DNA of 64,000 nt from Octopus sinensis (taxonomy: Eukaryota). The stretch is taken from the NCBI RefSeq assembly GCF_006345805.1, contig NC_043019.1, positions 16,739,360 through 16,803,359 of the forward strand, written 5' to 3'. The notes beneath the pieces were generated by a model. It did not search any database. It was not told the origin of the DNA and saw nothing but the letters and a program-made list of their open reading frames with translations. Positions 54,292-64,000 of this stretch are shown piece after piece. How positions within the stretch are numbered: the stretch's first letter is position 1; every line of letters starts with the position of its first letter. The translations under genes were made by a program, and so were the position numbers.

Positions 54292-55439
54292 GCTGCTTTC
54301 AGTTTTGGTCTACCAAATCCACACATAAAGAAGCTTTGATTAGCTTTGAGGCTGTAGGAGAATACACAGGGGCCAGATGCCAAGCTTTTGCCTGTTTAAA
54401 CGAAATATTTTACAATATAGAATAGAAGAGACATTAGGAATTTCTTGCAGCCAACCAGAAGCAGGGCGTAGAATTAGAAGACATTGTTGTCCTTCATGGC
54501 TTCTGGAATGATTTGAGGAAGGCAATGGAGAATTTGCAAAGGAAGAGAAATGGTCTTATTTGGTTGCTTTTCTCTTTCACCCTCCCTATATTAATATATA
54601 TTTCTTTATTGCCCACAGGGGGCTAAACACAGAGGGGACAAAGAAGGACAGACAAAGGGATTAAGTCAATTACATTGACCCCAGTGCATAACTGGTACTT
54701 ATTTAATCAACCCCGAAAGGATGAAAAGCAAAGTCGACCTCTGTGGAATTTGAACTCAGAATGTAACGGCAGACGAAATACCGCTAAGCATTTCGTCCGG
54801 TGTGCTAACAATTCTGCCAGCTTGCCACCCTATTGATAAATATAGGCAATGCACACGGCGTAGTGGTTAGGGTGTTGCACTCACAATTGCTAGATTGTGG
54901 GTTTGATTCCCAGACTGGGTGCCACAGTGTGTTCTTGAGCAAAACCCTTCATTTCATATTGTCTCAGTCCATTCAGTTGTAAATGGAGTCACCCTATGTT
55001 GAAATACCCCTCCAATCAGGGGAAAATGTTGACCTGCTCACCTGACCAGTGGGGTGGCAGTATTCGAAAGCTAAAATGATGCTAAGTGCATTGTGATCAG
55101 TGGTGTATAACAACATCAAATAGTCTGGTCAATTGCATGAAATTGGTAAAGTAAATAGTAATAAATTGAGAATTTCACCAACAATTGTTTTGAATTCGCC
55201 CAGAGGCACCAACTCGACAGAAACTTCAAGTACAACCAAGTGATACTTATCCTAATGCTTGATACCTTGAACACACCTGTAGCTGACCATACATGACCAG
55301 CATCATTTAAATCAGCTTCCAGCATTGGATGGGTTGCCCAGACCAATTTCTAAGATGAACATCAATTTGAAGGTCTTTTATTTTTCTAAGATTATGAATA
55401 ACTAAAAGAAAAAAATTACTCAGGACAAAAACTTCTTAC

Positions 55440-55524
55440 CTAAATCTTTCCGTTGTAAAGTTTTCCGTTTTCCCTGGAATGTATAAATTGCTGCTTCTCG
55501 AGACAAGTATTGAACAAACAATTC
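55440..55524 (-). CDS. POLE4: POLE4 exon 2 (85 nt: ELFVQYLSREAAIYTFQGKRKTLQRKDL+G)
   Basis: Acceptor gtttctgttttag and donor G|gtaaga. Translation gives the hallmark ELF...GKRKTLQRKDL and continues exon 1 in frame. Confidence 0.95.
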
Positions 55525-55764
55525 CTAAAACAGAAACAAACCATTTCACCATTAATTCTTTTAATTCTCTGCTGAACTCAAACATTTTTCAACTCACATT
55601 TGGTGACTTGATACAATGTACAACAAGGTCACAGCACATCAGAGACTGAAATCTCCTTAAAAGTTTACTTACATATTCAAGAAAGAAATGAAAAATAATA
55701 ACATAAATTAACAATAAAATAATCATTTAATTTTTTTAAAAACTGCCAATATATATATATATAT

Positions 55765-55985
55765 ATCTGTAAAATAATATGTGACAATTATTCGGTGGCC
55801 AAGATAAAACTCTGAGTTTCGGATGCCAAGGTGGAAATCCACACCACCATCTCTTCTTCGGCATCCGAAACTCAGAGTTTTATCTTGGCCACCGAATAAT
55901 TGTCACATATTATTTTACAGATAAATTTCTTCTATTTACATAATATTGAGGTCTCTTTCTTTCTTTTGTTATCTTACCGTTTTTA
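55765..55985. mobile_element. (TA)n-flanked palindromic element, internally deleted relative of 61711-61990
   Basis: Perfect 63-bp inverted arms (55765-55827 / 55860-55922) and a shared asymmetric tail acagataaatt..tatttacataatattgaggtctctttc. Confidence 0.85.
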
Positions 55986-56041
<56 letters not shown>

Positions 56042-56343
56042 CTTTTCATATTTCTATCTATATTATATACATGGTTCAACAAAAGTTAAATTTTCTTATT
56101 CAAACAATCTCTAGAGAGACCCCCAAATTTTATAAACGTTCTGTTTTCCTCATTAAATTACTTGCAACATCCTCTTCATGTAAACATTAATGAGCAAATA
56201 TTTTTAAAGAAAAAAAAACATCCCAGACTCAACTGACAGCAACATTCAGCTATGTGTGAACACTGGAGTAAGGAGATGAATGTCTTAGCTGGAAACACTA
56301 AGTTGGTGTGTGTCTGTGTGTGTGTGTGTGTATATACATATAT

Positions 56344-56365
56344 ATCCCAGAAAGACGTTTTGTTG

Positions 56366-56421
<56 letters not shown>

Positions 56422-56443
56422 CAATAAAACGTCTTTCTGGGAT
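56344..56443. repeat. 100-bp palindrome with (AT)n centre
   Basis: atcccagaaagacgttttgttgacaat-(AT)n-attgtcaataaaacgtctttctgggat, one mismatch. Confidence 0.95.
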
Positions 56444-56711
56444 TCTGAAGGATGACAGGTGGTTGCAGAAACATTGTTTCTGTACTGGCTGACCTGATAT
56501 ATTTATAAACTTGGCAGGTGGCTATATCTGCACTCCTGGTATATCTCTGGTAGGCCCTGGGCCTCGGGATGTTGTTGGTAGGCCCTGTTGCTGACATTGT
56601 CGTTATGGCACAATGAACCAGCAGTGTTATCGTTGTGGTTATTGTTTTTGGTCAAATGGCTGGCATTGATGCTTCCAGCATTAGTCTGAGTGTGGCTGGT
56701 GGCAACATATG

Positions 56712-56947
56712 TATTTCTTTACTACCCACAAGGGGCTAAACACAGAGAGGACAAACAAAGACTGACAAACGGATTAAGTCGATTATATCGACCCCAGTGC
56801 GTAACTGGTACTTTATTTATCGACCCCAAAAGGATGAAAGGCAAAGTCAACCTCGGCGGAATTTGAACCTAGAACGTAACGGCAGACGAAATATGGCTAC
56901 GCATTTCGCCCAGCGTGCTAACGCTTCTGCCAACTCGCCGCCTTCAG
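56712..56947 (-). mobile_element. tRNA-derived SINE, family B (central gcctttcatcctttcggggtcgataaa..agtaccag domain)
   Basis: Flanked by catatg (56706-56711, 56948-56953). Related copies at 54600-54830, 26330-26775, 23660-23800, 12380-12570, 3370-3680. Confidence 0.8.
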
Positions 56948-58099
56948 CATATGGTTCAGGGGCAGCCACTTCATCAGTGTTGAAGATAACTATTTGGTCA
57001 TCATCTGTGATGCTGGAACTGGGGTCGCCAGTTACCTCCTCTACGTTGCTGGTCCCAGACTGGTCATCATCTCTGCTGTGACGATTGTACTGGGGGTAAC
57101 ATATGGTGTGGGGCCAGTCACTCCATCAGTGTCGATGATAATGGTTTGTTCATCATCTGTGGCAGTAGTACTGGGGTTGCCGGTTACCTCCTCTCAGTCG
57201 CTGGTCCCAGACTGGTTATCATTTCTGGCTGTGGTGACTGTACTAGTGTAAGAGCTGGTCAATCTGCTACAATCATTGTCTCTTGTGCTATTATTGCTGT
57301 TGGATGGTCCGTTGGCAAAACAGTAGGTCTAGGTGTCACCATAGCTTCATAGATGACTCCTTCAGCCACCTACTGGAAAGTTATTGTATACCCTGCAAGA
57401 GCAACCTGCCTCCTCCTTTGTTTTGTAGGGGCTTGTTAAAATGCTTTTTATGTTAGGTGCACAACTAAAGGAGACTCTTAAGTTGTGCCTGTTAAAAAAA
57501 TGCCTCTATGTATGTATGTGTGAAATGCTTATCTATTAATCTGAGGAAAATATATATATAAAACAGAGATTCTGTCCGTTTGTGTGTTTGTCCTCCAAAA
57601 TGAAAGTAAATGGTTCAAGGGAAGCTATTATGCTTTTTCTATATCTCCTATTATGCTATTGCCTTATTTGTCTCAAAGATTATGCAATGGTGCAACACTA
57701 ATTGCACCACAAACCTATGAGGAACTGCACTGAGACAAATATTCTCACTGGTTGTAGTAAAGACGACACCGTCTTTGTTCCTTGCATACCAATTTCTGGA
57801 GATTACATCTTTTCTTTGGTGATATATTTTTTTTCAATAGTACCCCCTGACTGGCTCCCATGCCAGTGGCACATAAAAAGCACCACCTGAACGTGGCCAA
57901 TACCAGTACCTGTGCCAGTGGTACGTAAAAAGCACCCACTGCATTCTCGAAATGGTTGACGTTAGGAAGGACATCTAGCTGTAGAGACATTGCCAGATCA
58001 GACTGGAACCTGGTGCCGCCACTGGCCCACCAGACCTCAGTCAAACCGTCCAACTCATGCCAGCATGGGAAACAGATGTTAAACGATGATGATGATGAT

Positions 58100-59057
58100 A
58101 AGGATTGTAAACCAAACCTTATGAACATAGAAGAAATTATACAGCATCTCTATTATCGTAAGCAGTTGTATGTGTTATATAATTGCCATTACTTTATTAA
58201 TAAATACTACGAATCTAGTAAGATGGAACGTCTCAGAGAATAACATCTGCAAATGTGGAAAGGTCGGTAAACTAAAACATATTCTTTCCAACTGTTCATT
58301 AGCATTGAACAGATATACATGGAGGCACAACTTGGTCCTTAAGGTTATCTTCAATGCTATAAAGAACCAAATTCATCTCAACAACACTGAGGAAAAACCG
58401 TTGAAAGTACCATCAAGAGATTTCATTACCTTCGTGCGACCAGGTCAGCGGATCCGTTTCAAGAAGATCATGCAACTTCCTGAGAGAAATGAAAAGTGGA
58501 ACAGCTATTGGGAGGTAACTGCAGATTTACCTGGGTGCCAGGTTTTCTTTCCCATCCCAGTTTCGAAAAAACCAGCTATTTTGATGTGGTGTGAAAGAAA
58601 GAAAGTTGTAAATCTAGTCAAGCTAACGGTTCCTCATGAAGATAATATGGACGCCGCTCAGGCTCGAAAATTGAACCGTTATGAAAACCTCCTCGAGGAA
58701 TGTGAAGACGCAGGCTGGAAAGCGGAACATTTTCCTATCGAAGTCGGATGTAGATCGTAAAGTCAATACCACCATGACTGATATCCAATCTACAGTGGAG
58801 AAGGCTAGCCACTAGATTTGGTTAAAAAGAGACGATGAGCGATGGCTAGAAAGATATTGAGTTTAACTTTATAACCAGCTGATCTAGTAAGCGGGGCCTC
58901 AAATCAGTGAGGGGGGCCGGTGCGCATTGATGCCGTCGAGAGGTAGGCCCCGAAATGGCGCACATTCTCTCCTGATGACCCCATACACTTGCTGGCTTCC
59001 GGTATACGGAGCTTTTGACTGGTAGCACTTGCATGTACAAGTTGTTTGCAAGACATC
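58100..59057 (+). mobile_element. 3' part of a HERO-like non-LTR retrotransposon (CCHC knuckle plus RLE) with 3'UTR
   Basis: TNLVRW..C.CG..G.LKHILS.C..AL.RYTWRHN.VL; LTVP.EDN...A..RK..RY..L..C...GW....PIEVGCR; EKASH.IWLKR. ORF 58170-58760. Confidence 0.8.
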
Positions 59058-59260
59058 ACATACAACTCATTCTTGTCATATAACAAACAGAAGGTCGTGT
59101 ATGAAATGGATCTTCTTTCTACTTTAAATATTACATGTTTTTCTCTTATAAAAATACACACATACAGGAGGAGTAAATTATACATATAATAATATTTTGA
59201 ATGTGGCTCCTGAGAAACAGTAAACGTAATTACCCAATCAACAACAGGTATTACTGCTAG

Positions 59261-59307
<47 letters not shown>

Positions 59308-60775
59308 GTATGTACATACAAATTAAGAGGAATGACCACCAAAGTGGACTCCTAATATGCTAAAGATAGACGCCTGTATATATGTACACACACACAAACC
59401 CACATGCCAGGTCACACTTAGTGATACTGTAAGCTAACACACCTGGCTGTATGGTTGGGCTGTTGGTGACTAACAGACAAATGTAAATCTAAAAGGTAAT
59501 TGATGTCTTTGTGAAGTAAATCATCATCATAAATTAATGTCCATTGTCCATGCTGGCATGGGTTGGACAGTTTGACCAGGGGTGGCAAACTGGGGACTTG
59601 TCTGCTTTGGCATGGTCTCTACAACTGGGAGCCCACACAGTGTGAACGATGCTTTTATGTGGCACTGCACAAGCACTTTTATGTGGTCAGCCTCCATATG
59701 CATTACACCCCCCCCCACTTTACTCGTTCCACCTTCCCCCCTTGTACACTACATTTGAATTCCTTTTATACCCAGTTTTTCTCTCATCTCATCTCTACTC
59801 TGTACTTCATGCCCACCACTGACATCAAATGGTCTCATTGCTTTGTGGTCTTCGGAAGTCTTCGCCATTCAAGGTCCACATCTCACAACCATGCAGCAGC
59901 AGCAGCACGGTCCTAAAACAAACATCGTACAATCTGTCCTTCACTCTGAAGGAGGAGAGACCCTTGTTGCCAGCAGTGGTAATACCTCCCCAAATTTTTA
60001 CTGATCACAAAAACCTAGTTCAATCCTTCTATGACTGACCACTCATAACTTGTAAATGAAACTGAAGGAACTAATGCTAAGTTGCTGTCCCCCCTTTTTT
60101 TTATACCAGGAGTCATCTGTTTACAGATATCCAACAGATTTTATTGCACGTATCTCCTCTTGCTTTCTTACAACAAACTTTGCCTTCCTGCAATAGTTTG
60201 GTCTGCTACTCTGGGGGTTCTCCCATTTGCTGGTTCTTATTCAAACAGGTGGGAATCCAGTTTCTTGCTGCTGTCTGAGAGCAACCTCGGAACCTCCAGA
60301 GTAATGAACCACAAACATCACGAATAAACTATGCACCATTGAGTATTTTCCCCCAATGCATGCGAGTGCACGCATGCAAATATATTTACATAAAGTTAAA
60401 TCTCTGTCCAGTCAAAGAGTGACCAATGGTTTTGCCTCCACTGGTCACTCTACAACCAGACATTTACTACTCTGACGTTAGAGTGTGCCTCTTTTTCAGA
60501 TATATGATCCACTGACGATATATCTATTTAACAGCTGCTTTCCATGCTGGCATGGGTTGGACAGTCTGACTGAAAATGGATAATATCCTGGGAGCTGTGC
60601 CAGGTTCTGATTTGGCAAGGTTTCTACAGTACCTCTTGCTGCAGGTACTTGATGGGACACAAACTGTACAGATGCACAATATCCAATCCATAATGGACAG
60701 GTTCAGGAGGGGTTAAAACGACTGTCATAAAGACTAATGCTCAATCTATCTTCATCAATTATTATATATATATAT

Positions 60776-60821
<46 letters not shown>

Positions 60822-61317
60822 ATGGAATTGGATGAATCTCCATATAGAAAACACTTAGCAGTGTTCAAAGGATGTGGACTTACACTCCAAAATCTTTACC
60901 AAGGACCAAGTCAGCAGGGTGAAAAGCGGCTCTAAGGGGAATCCAAGTGAGTAGATTCCTACCTCTCCACCCTGAAGAAGGAGGCTGGATTTTTTCCAGG
61001 GTTTGTTTGCTTCCACAACTGGTTGCAGATTTTTGGTGAACTACATTTGGCAACATTATGAAGTAACTCCGAGCAACCAGGAACAGCTGTCACACCAAAC
61101 CTTCTCCCCTCTAATTCTTTGAGACTATGTAATCTAAGTTTACCCTATTAACATATAATCATATATTTATCCTTGAATGTTAATCTTCTGAAAATCTTTC
61201 AGTTTTTGCTTTTTCTTTAGTTACATGTATAAATATATATATATTCCGTATATCAAACCCAAGGAATTTTATCTGTTTATTTTCCTCATTCTCTCTCTTA
61301 TATATATATATATATAT

Positions 61318-61349
<32 letters not shown>

Positions 61350-61540
61350 ATATATAATGTGACCTCGTGTGTACCGTTGGCGATTTTTTCCCTCTATCTT
61401 CCCTTCTCCTATGTTTACGACGAAGAGCTCCGCTCGAAACGTTAAACCCTCCTTCTTTCCTGAGCGTCCAATAATACTATATTTGTTCCACGTCCTCGCG
61501 TTGTTGTGTTTTTTTTTGTGTTTTCTTGTTTGGATTAACT

Positions 61541-61582
<42 letters not shown>

Positions 61583-61832
61583 TATATATACACAGACTAT
61601 CTTACTGAACTCTGATTAACGGTTTGGGGAGTCTTTTTCAACAATAAAACTGGGTTTTTCTCCACCTTATTTTGCATCTGTGTGCTTACATGTTTATATA
61701 TATATTTATATAAATGTAATATGTGACAATTATTCGGTAGCCATGATAAAACTCCGAGTTTCGGATGCCGGGGTGGAAATCCACGCCGCTATCTCTTCAG
61801 TTATCCGGCCATCGGAAAAAATGCAAGGCCGT

Positions 61833-61891
61833 ATAACTGAAGAGATGGCGGCGTGGATTTCCACCCCGGCATCCGAAACTCGGAGTTTTAT
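61833..61891 (+). ncRNA. Minimal type-I hammerhead ribozyme motif (mirror copy on the minus strand at 61746-61804)
   Basis: ataa CTGAAGA [stem II gatggcgg-cgtggatttccacc-ccggcatcc] GAAAC tcgga GTT ttat: intact core, stem I ataa/ttat, stem III AC/GT. Confidence 0.7.
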
Positions 61892-61994
61892 CTTGGCTAC
61901 CGAATAATTGTCACATATTGCATTTACAGATAAATTCCTCTATTTACATAATATTGAGGTCTCTTTCATTCTTTTGTTGTCTTACCGTTGCTAT

Positions 61995-62039
<45 letters not shown>

Positions 62040-62458
62040 TGACTGTATTAAAATGTTTTAAATCTTTAAAAACAACATAGAATTATTATTGTTATATGAA
62101 CAGAGTTCATTTAAGGCAAACATGTCCAATAAGATGCACCGTGGGACGATAACATGTCCGACGAGTATAATAGTCATTAAAACTTCGAAGTTACAATCAA
62201 CAAATTATAATAAGCCCGTAAAACATAAGTAAAGCCTAATTAATATATTACTTCCTAATGAAATATTTATAAAAAAAAGTAGAAATTTACTCGTCGTTGC
62301 CTATTGTCGATTATTAGCTACGTCCATCTGCTTCGAGTAGGTATAATGTAAGTGAGAAGAAGATATTCTAGAATGACTACGGACACTCTCTGCCTATCAC
62401 GAAGAAGGCAAACATGAGATAAACAAACAGAAAATAGACATTTGGTTTCAGGACTTAC

Positions 62459-62668
62459 AGTGGCTTTCGTTAATGCTACCATCGCTTCCTGACTCGCAAG
62501 TGACACGTCTGGATCGAGTTTGATGATTTTACGAATCCTACTAATTGGTAATTTCACCAATTTGTCCGAGGTAACACCGTTCGTCTCCGTCTGGTCGCTG
62601 TCGTCTTTCCTTAATTCTTTTTCGCTATTTTCGTTTCCATTTGGATCGTCAGGAGTTTCTCCCGCCAT
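62459..62668 (-). CDS. POLE4: POLE4 exon 1 (70 codons: MAGETPDD...LVKLPISRIRKIIKLDPDVSLASQEAMVALTKAT)
   Basis: Histone-fold N-terminus matching the POLE4/NF-YC-like motif (LP..R...I.K.DPDV.LA.QEA...L..A). ATG at 62668, phase-0 donor ACT|gtaagt at 62458, CpG-rich surroundings. Confidence 0.93.
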
Positions 62669-62780
62669 TTTTTTAGAAAGACAATTAAAAAGTGAGAACG
62701 GAGACAACGAAACGAAACTCCTCCCTTTTAAATGTTTTATATAAAATTGATGTAAAGAAAATATGAAAGGTACGAAAAGT
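62669..62780 (-). promoter_or_regulatory. POLE4 5'UTR/proximal promoter region
   Basis: Immediately upstream of the ATG. The 62100-62720 region keeps many CpGs, unlike most of the window. Exact TSS not determinable. Confidence 0.5.
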
Positions 62781-63119
62781 ACAACTTTTCTTCAAAATTA
62801 TATTTCTTAGAAATCTTTCTTCAGATTTCTCTGTCGTAAATTAATTACTTAGCTACTTTTTTTAAAGATTTATATTTAGACAAAAAATAAATTGAAACTA
62901 TAAATATATAAATACTCAACATATTCACAAAATATTCGGATCATTAATATACTGGCAAGAAATAATTATTCCTTTCATTCATCGAATAAGGGTTTTATTT
63001 GAAGCAATTTATTTTTTTTATATTTTCGTAGTAATTGACTTCAAGGACTTCGAAGGCACCTACGGAATCTGCTAGAAACCACAGCCAAACAGCCTTTGTG
63101 AGCCGCTCTCCGGCTATCT

Positions 63120-63600
63120 AACTGAGGCTTTATATAGCTATGGTGCGACCTCACCTGGAATTTGCATCACCGGTCTGGAACCCCTATCTTGCCCAGGATA
63201 TTAATCGTCTGGAAGCCATTCAGCGACGTGCAACCAAGAGAATAGCCTCCATCAGGCATTTGCCATATCCTGAACGCCTTACTTCCCTGGGCATGGATAC
63301 ATTGAAACACCGACGTCTGGCAGCTGACTTGGCAGACACCCATAAAATCATTAACCATCTTACAAACAATAACTCTGAGCACCTTTTCAAACTCCACCTG
63401 TCTAACACTCGTGGACATGTTTACAAAGTCAGAAAACAGCACAACTCCCATGACTTTAGGAAACATTTTTTTCACTCCAAGAGTTGCTGAAGCATGGAAC
63501 AAACTGCCGGCATCAGTTGTGAGTTGTCGGAGCACTGCATCCTTCAAAACTTCCATGCTTTCTGAGATTCGCCAACACTACACCTGATCTTTCTCCCCTC
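63120..63600 (+). mobile_element. 3' fragment of a CR1-clade LINE
   Basis: VRPHLEFASPVWNP..DI.RLEAIQRRATK...LPY.ERL..LG..TL..RR..ADL; NTRGH.YK; one extra T in a homopolymer shifts the frame before RVAEAWNKLP. Confidence 0.88.
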
Positions 63601-63751
63601 TATACACACGTGTAGCGTGGCAATTTCAGCCTTTTTTGGAATATGACCATAGCGATTGTTAATATCTTGACTGTGTGAAGGGCAAGGCAGAAATGATATC
63701 GTTTGAGGTTACAACCATCTTTGGTCAACTTGTTCTTGTTCTAAACACTAA

Positions 63752-63997
63752 CTTGATTGGCTGACAGGTGACACGATTGGTCTCTACGTGTTTCGCGCCA
63801 CTGTTTGACATGTGACACGAGGGTCCCTACGAAGTCCGCGCCACTGATGAACACGTGATGCGAATTGTCTTGACTTATTTCGCGCCACTGTTTGACATGT
63901 GACACGAGGGTCCCTACGAAGTCCGCGCCACTGATGGACACGTGACGCGAATTGTCTCGACTTATTTCGCGCCATAATTGCAAGTCAGCCAATCAAG
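63752..63997. repeat. 87-bp tandem repeat (2 units plus partial) bracketed by 14-bp inverted CCAAT-containing ends
   Basis: TTTCGCGC at 63791, 63878 and 63965; cttgattggctgac (63752) / gtcagccaatcaag (63984). Confidence 0.9.
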
Positions 63998-64000
63998 ACT

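Noticed and set aside
58940-58990. Hammerhead-like words (GAAA...CTGATGA) in the HERO 3'UTR
   Set aside because: Stems I and II cannot form (cccc opposite cccc).
59195-59240. Possible degenerate hammerhead (cctgagaaacagtaaacgta); similar at about 60970
   Set aside because: Core incomplete and no stem support.
62318-62707. 129-aa single-exon ORF from the track
   Set aside because: It reads through the exon 1 donor into the intron. Only 62668-62459 is supported; the upstream 13 codons are unconfirmed.

Overview
Repeat-dominated eukaryotic DNA (about 35-40% GC by eye, microsatellite-rich). The SINE, RTE-tail and MITE families match what I recall from Octopus genomes; the species assignment is inference. 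The only confidently identified host gene is POLE4 (DNA polymerase epsilon subunit 4, histone fold) on the minus strand. Exon 1 is 62668-62459, exon 2 is 55524-55440 and exon 3 is 37122-37081. All junctions are GT-AG with compatible phases, across introns of 6.9 and 18.3 kb. The short terminal exon could not be placed with certainty. A few well-flanked minus-strand exon candidates further down (28441-28411, 8601-8506, 846-757) may belong to a second, unidentified gene or to POLE4 3' isoforms. The rest is mobile DNA: a young 5'-truncated RTE LINE with an intact 498-aa RT ORF, HERO, R4/Dong and CR1 non-LTR fragments, mariner, maT, pogo-like and hAT relics, TTAA-MITEs, a Helitron-like element, at least three tRNA-derived SINE families, and a 1-kb (CCTG)n tract. 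The most striking unexplained structure is a set of short (TA)n-embedded elements in the POLE4 introns carrying minimal type-I hammerhead ribozyme motifs. One is a 216-bp palindrome with a complete hammerhead on each strand. Other notable items are a mariner made of two 5' ends, several fold-back inverted duplications, an 87-bp E2F/CCAAT tandem array upstream of POLE4, and a divergent pair of CTCF-like motifs. No CRISPR array, rRNA gene or genuine tRNA gene was found.
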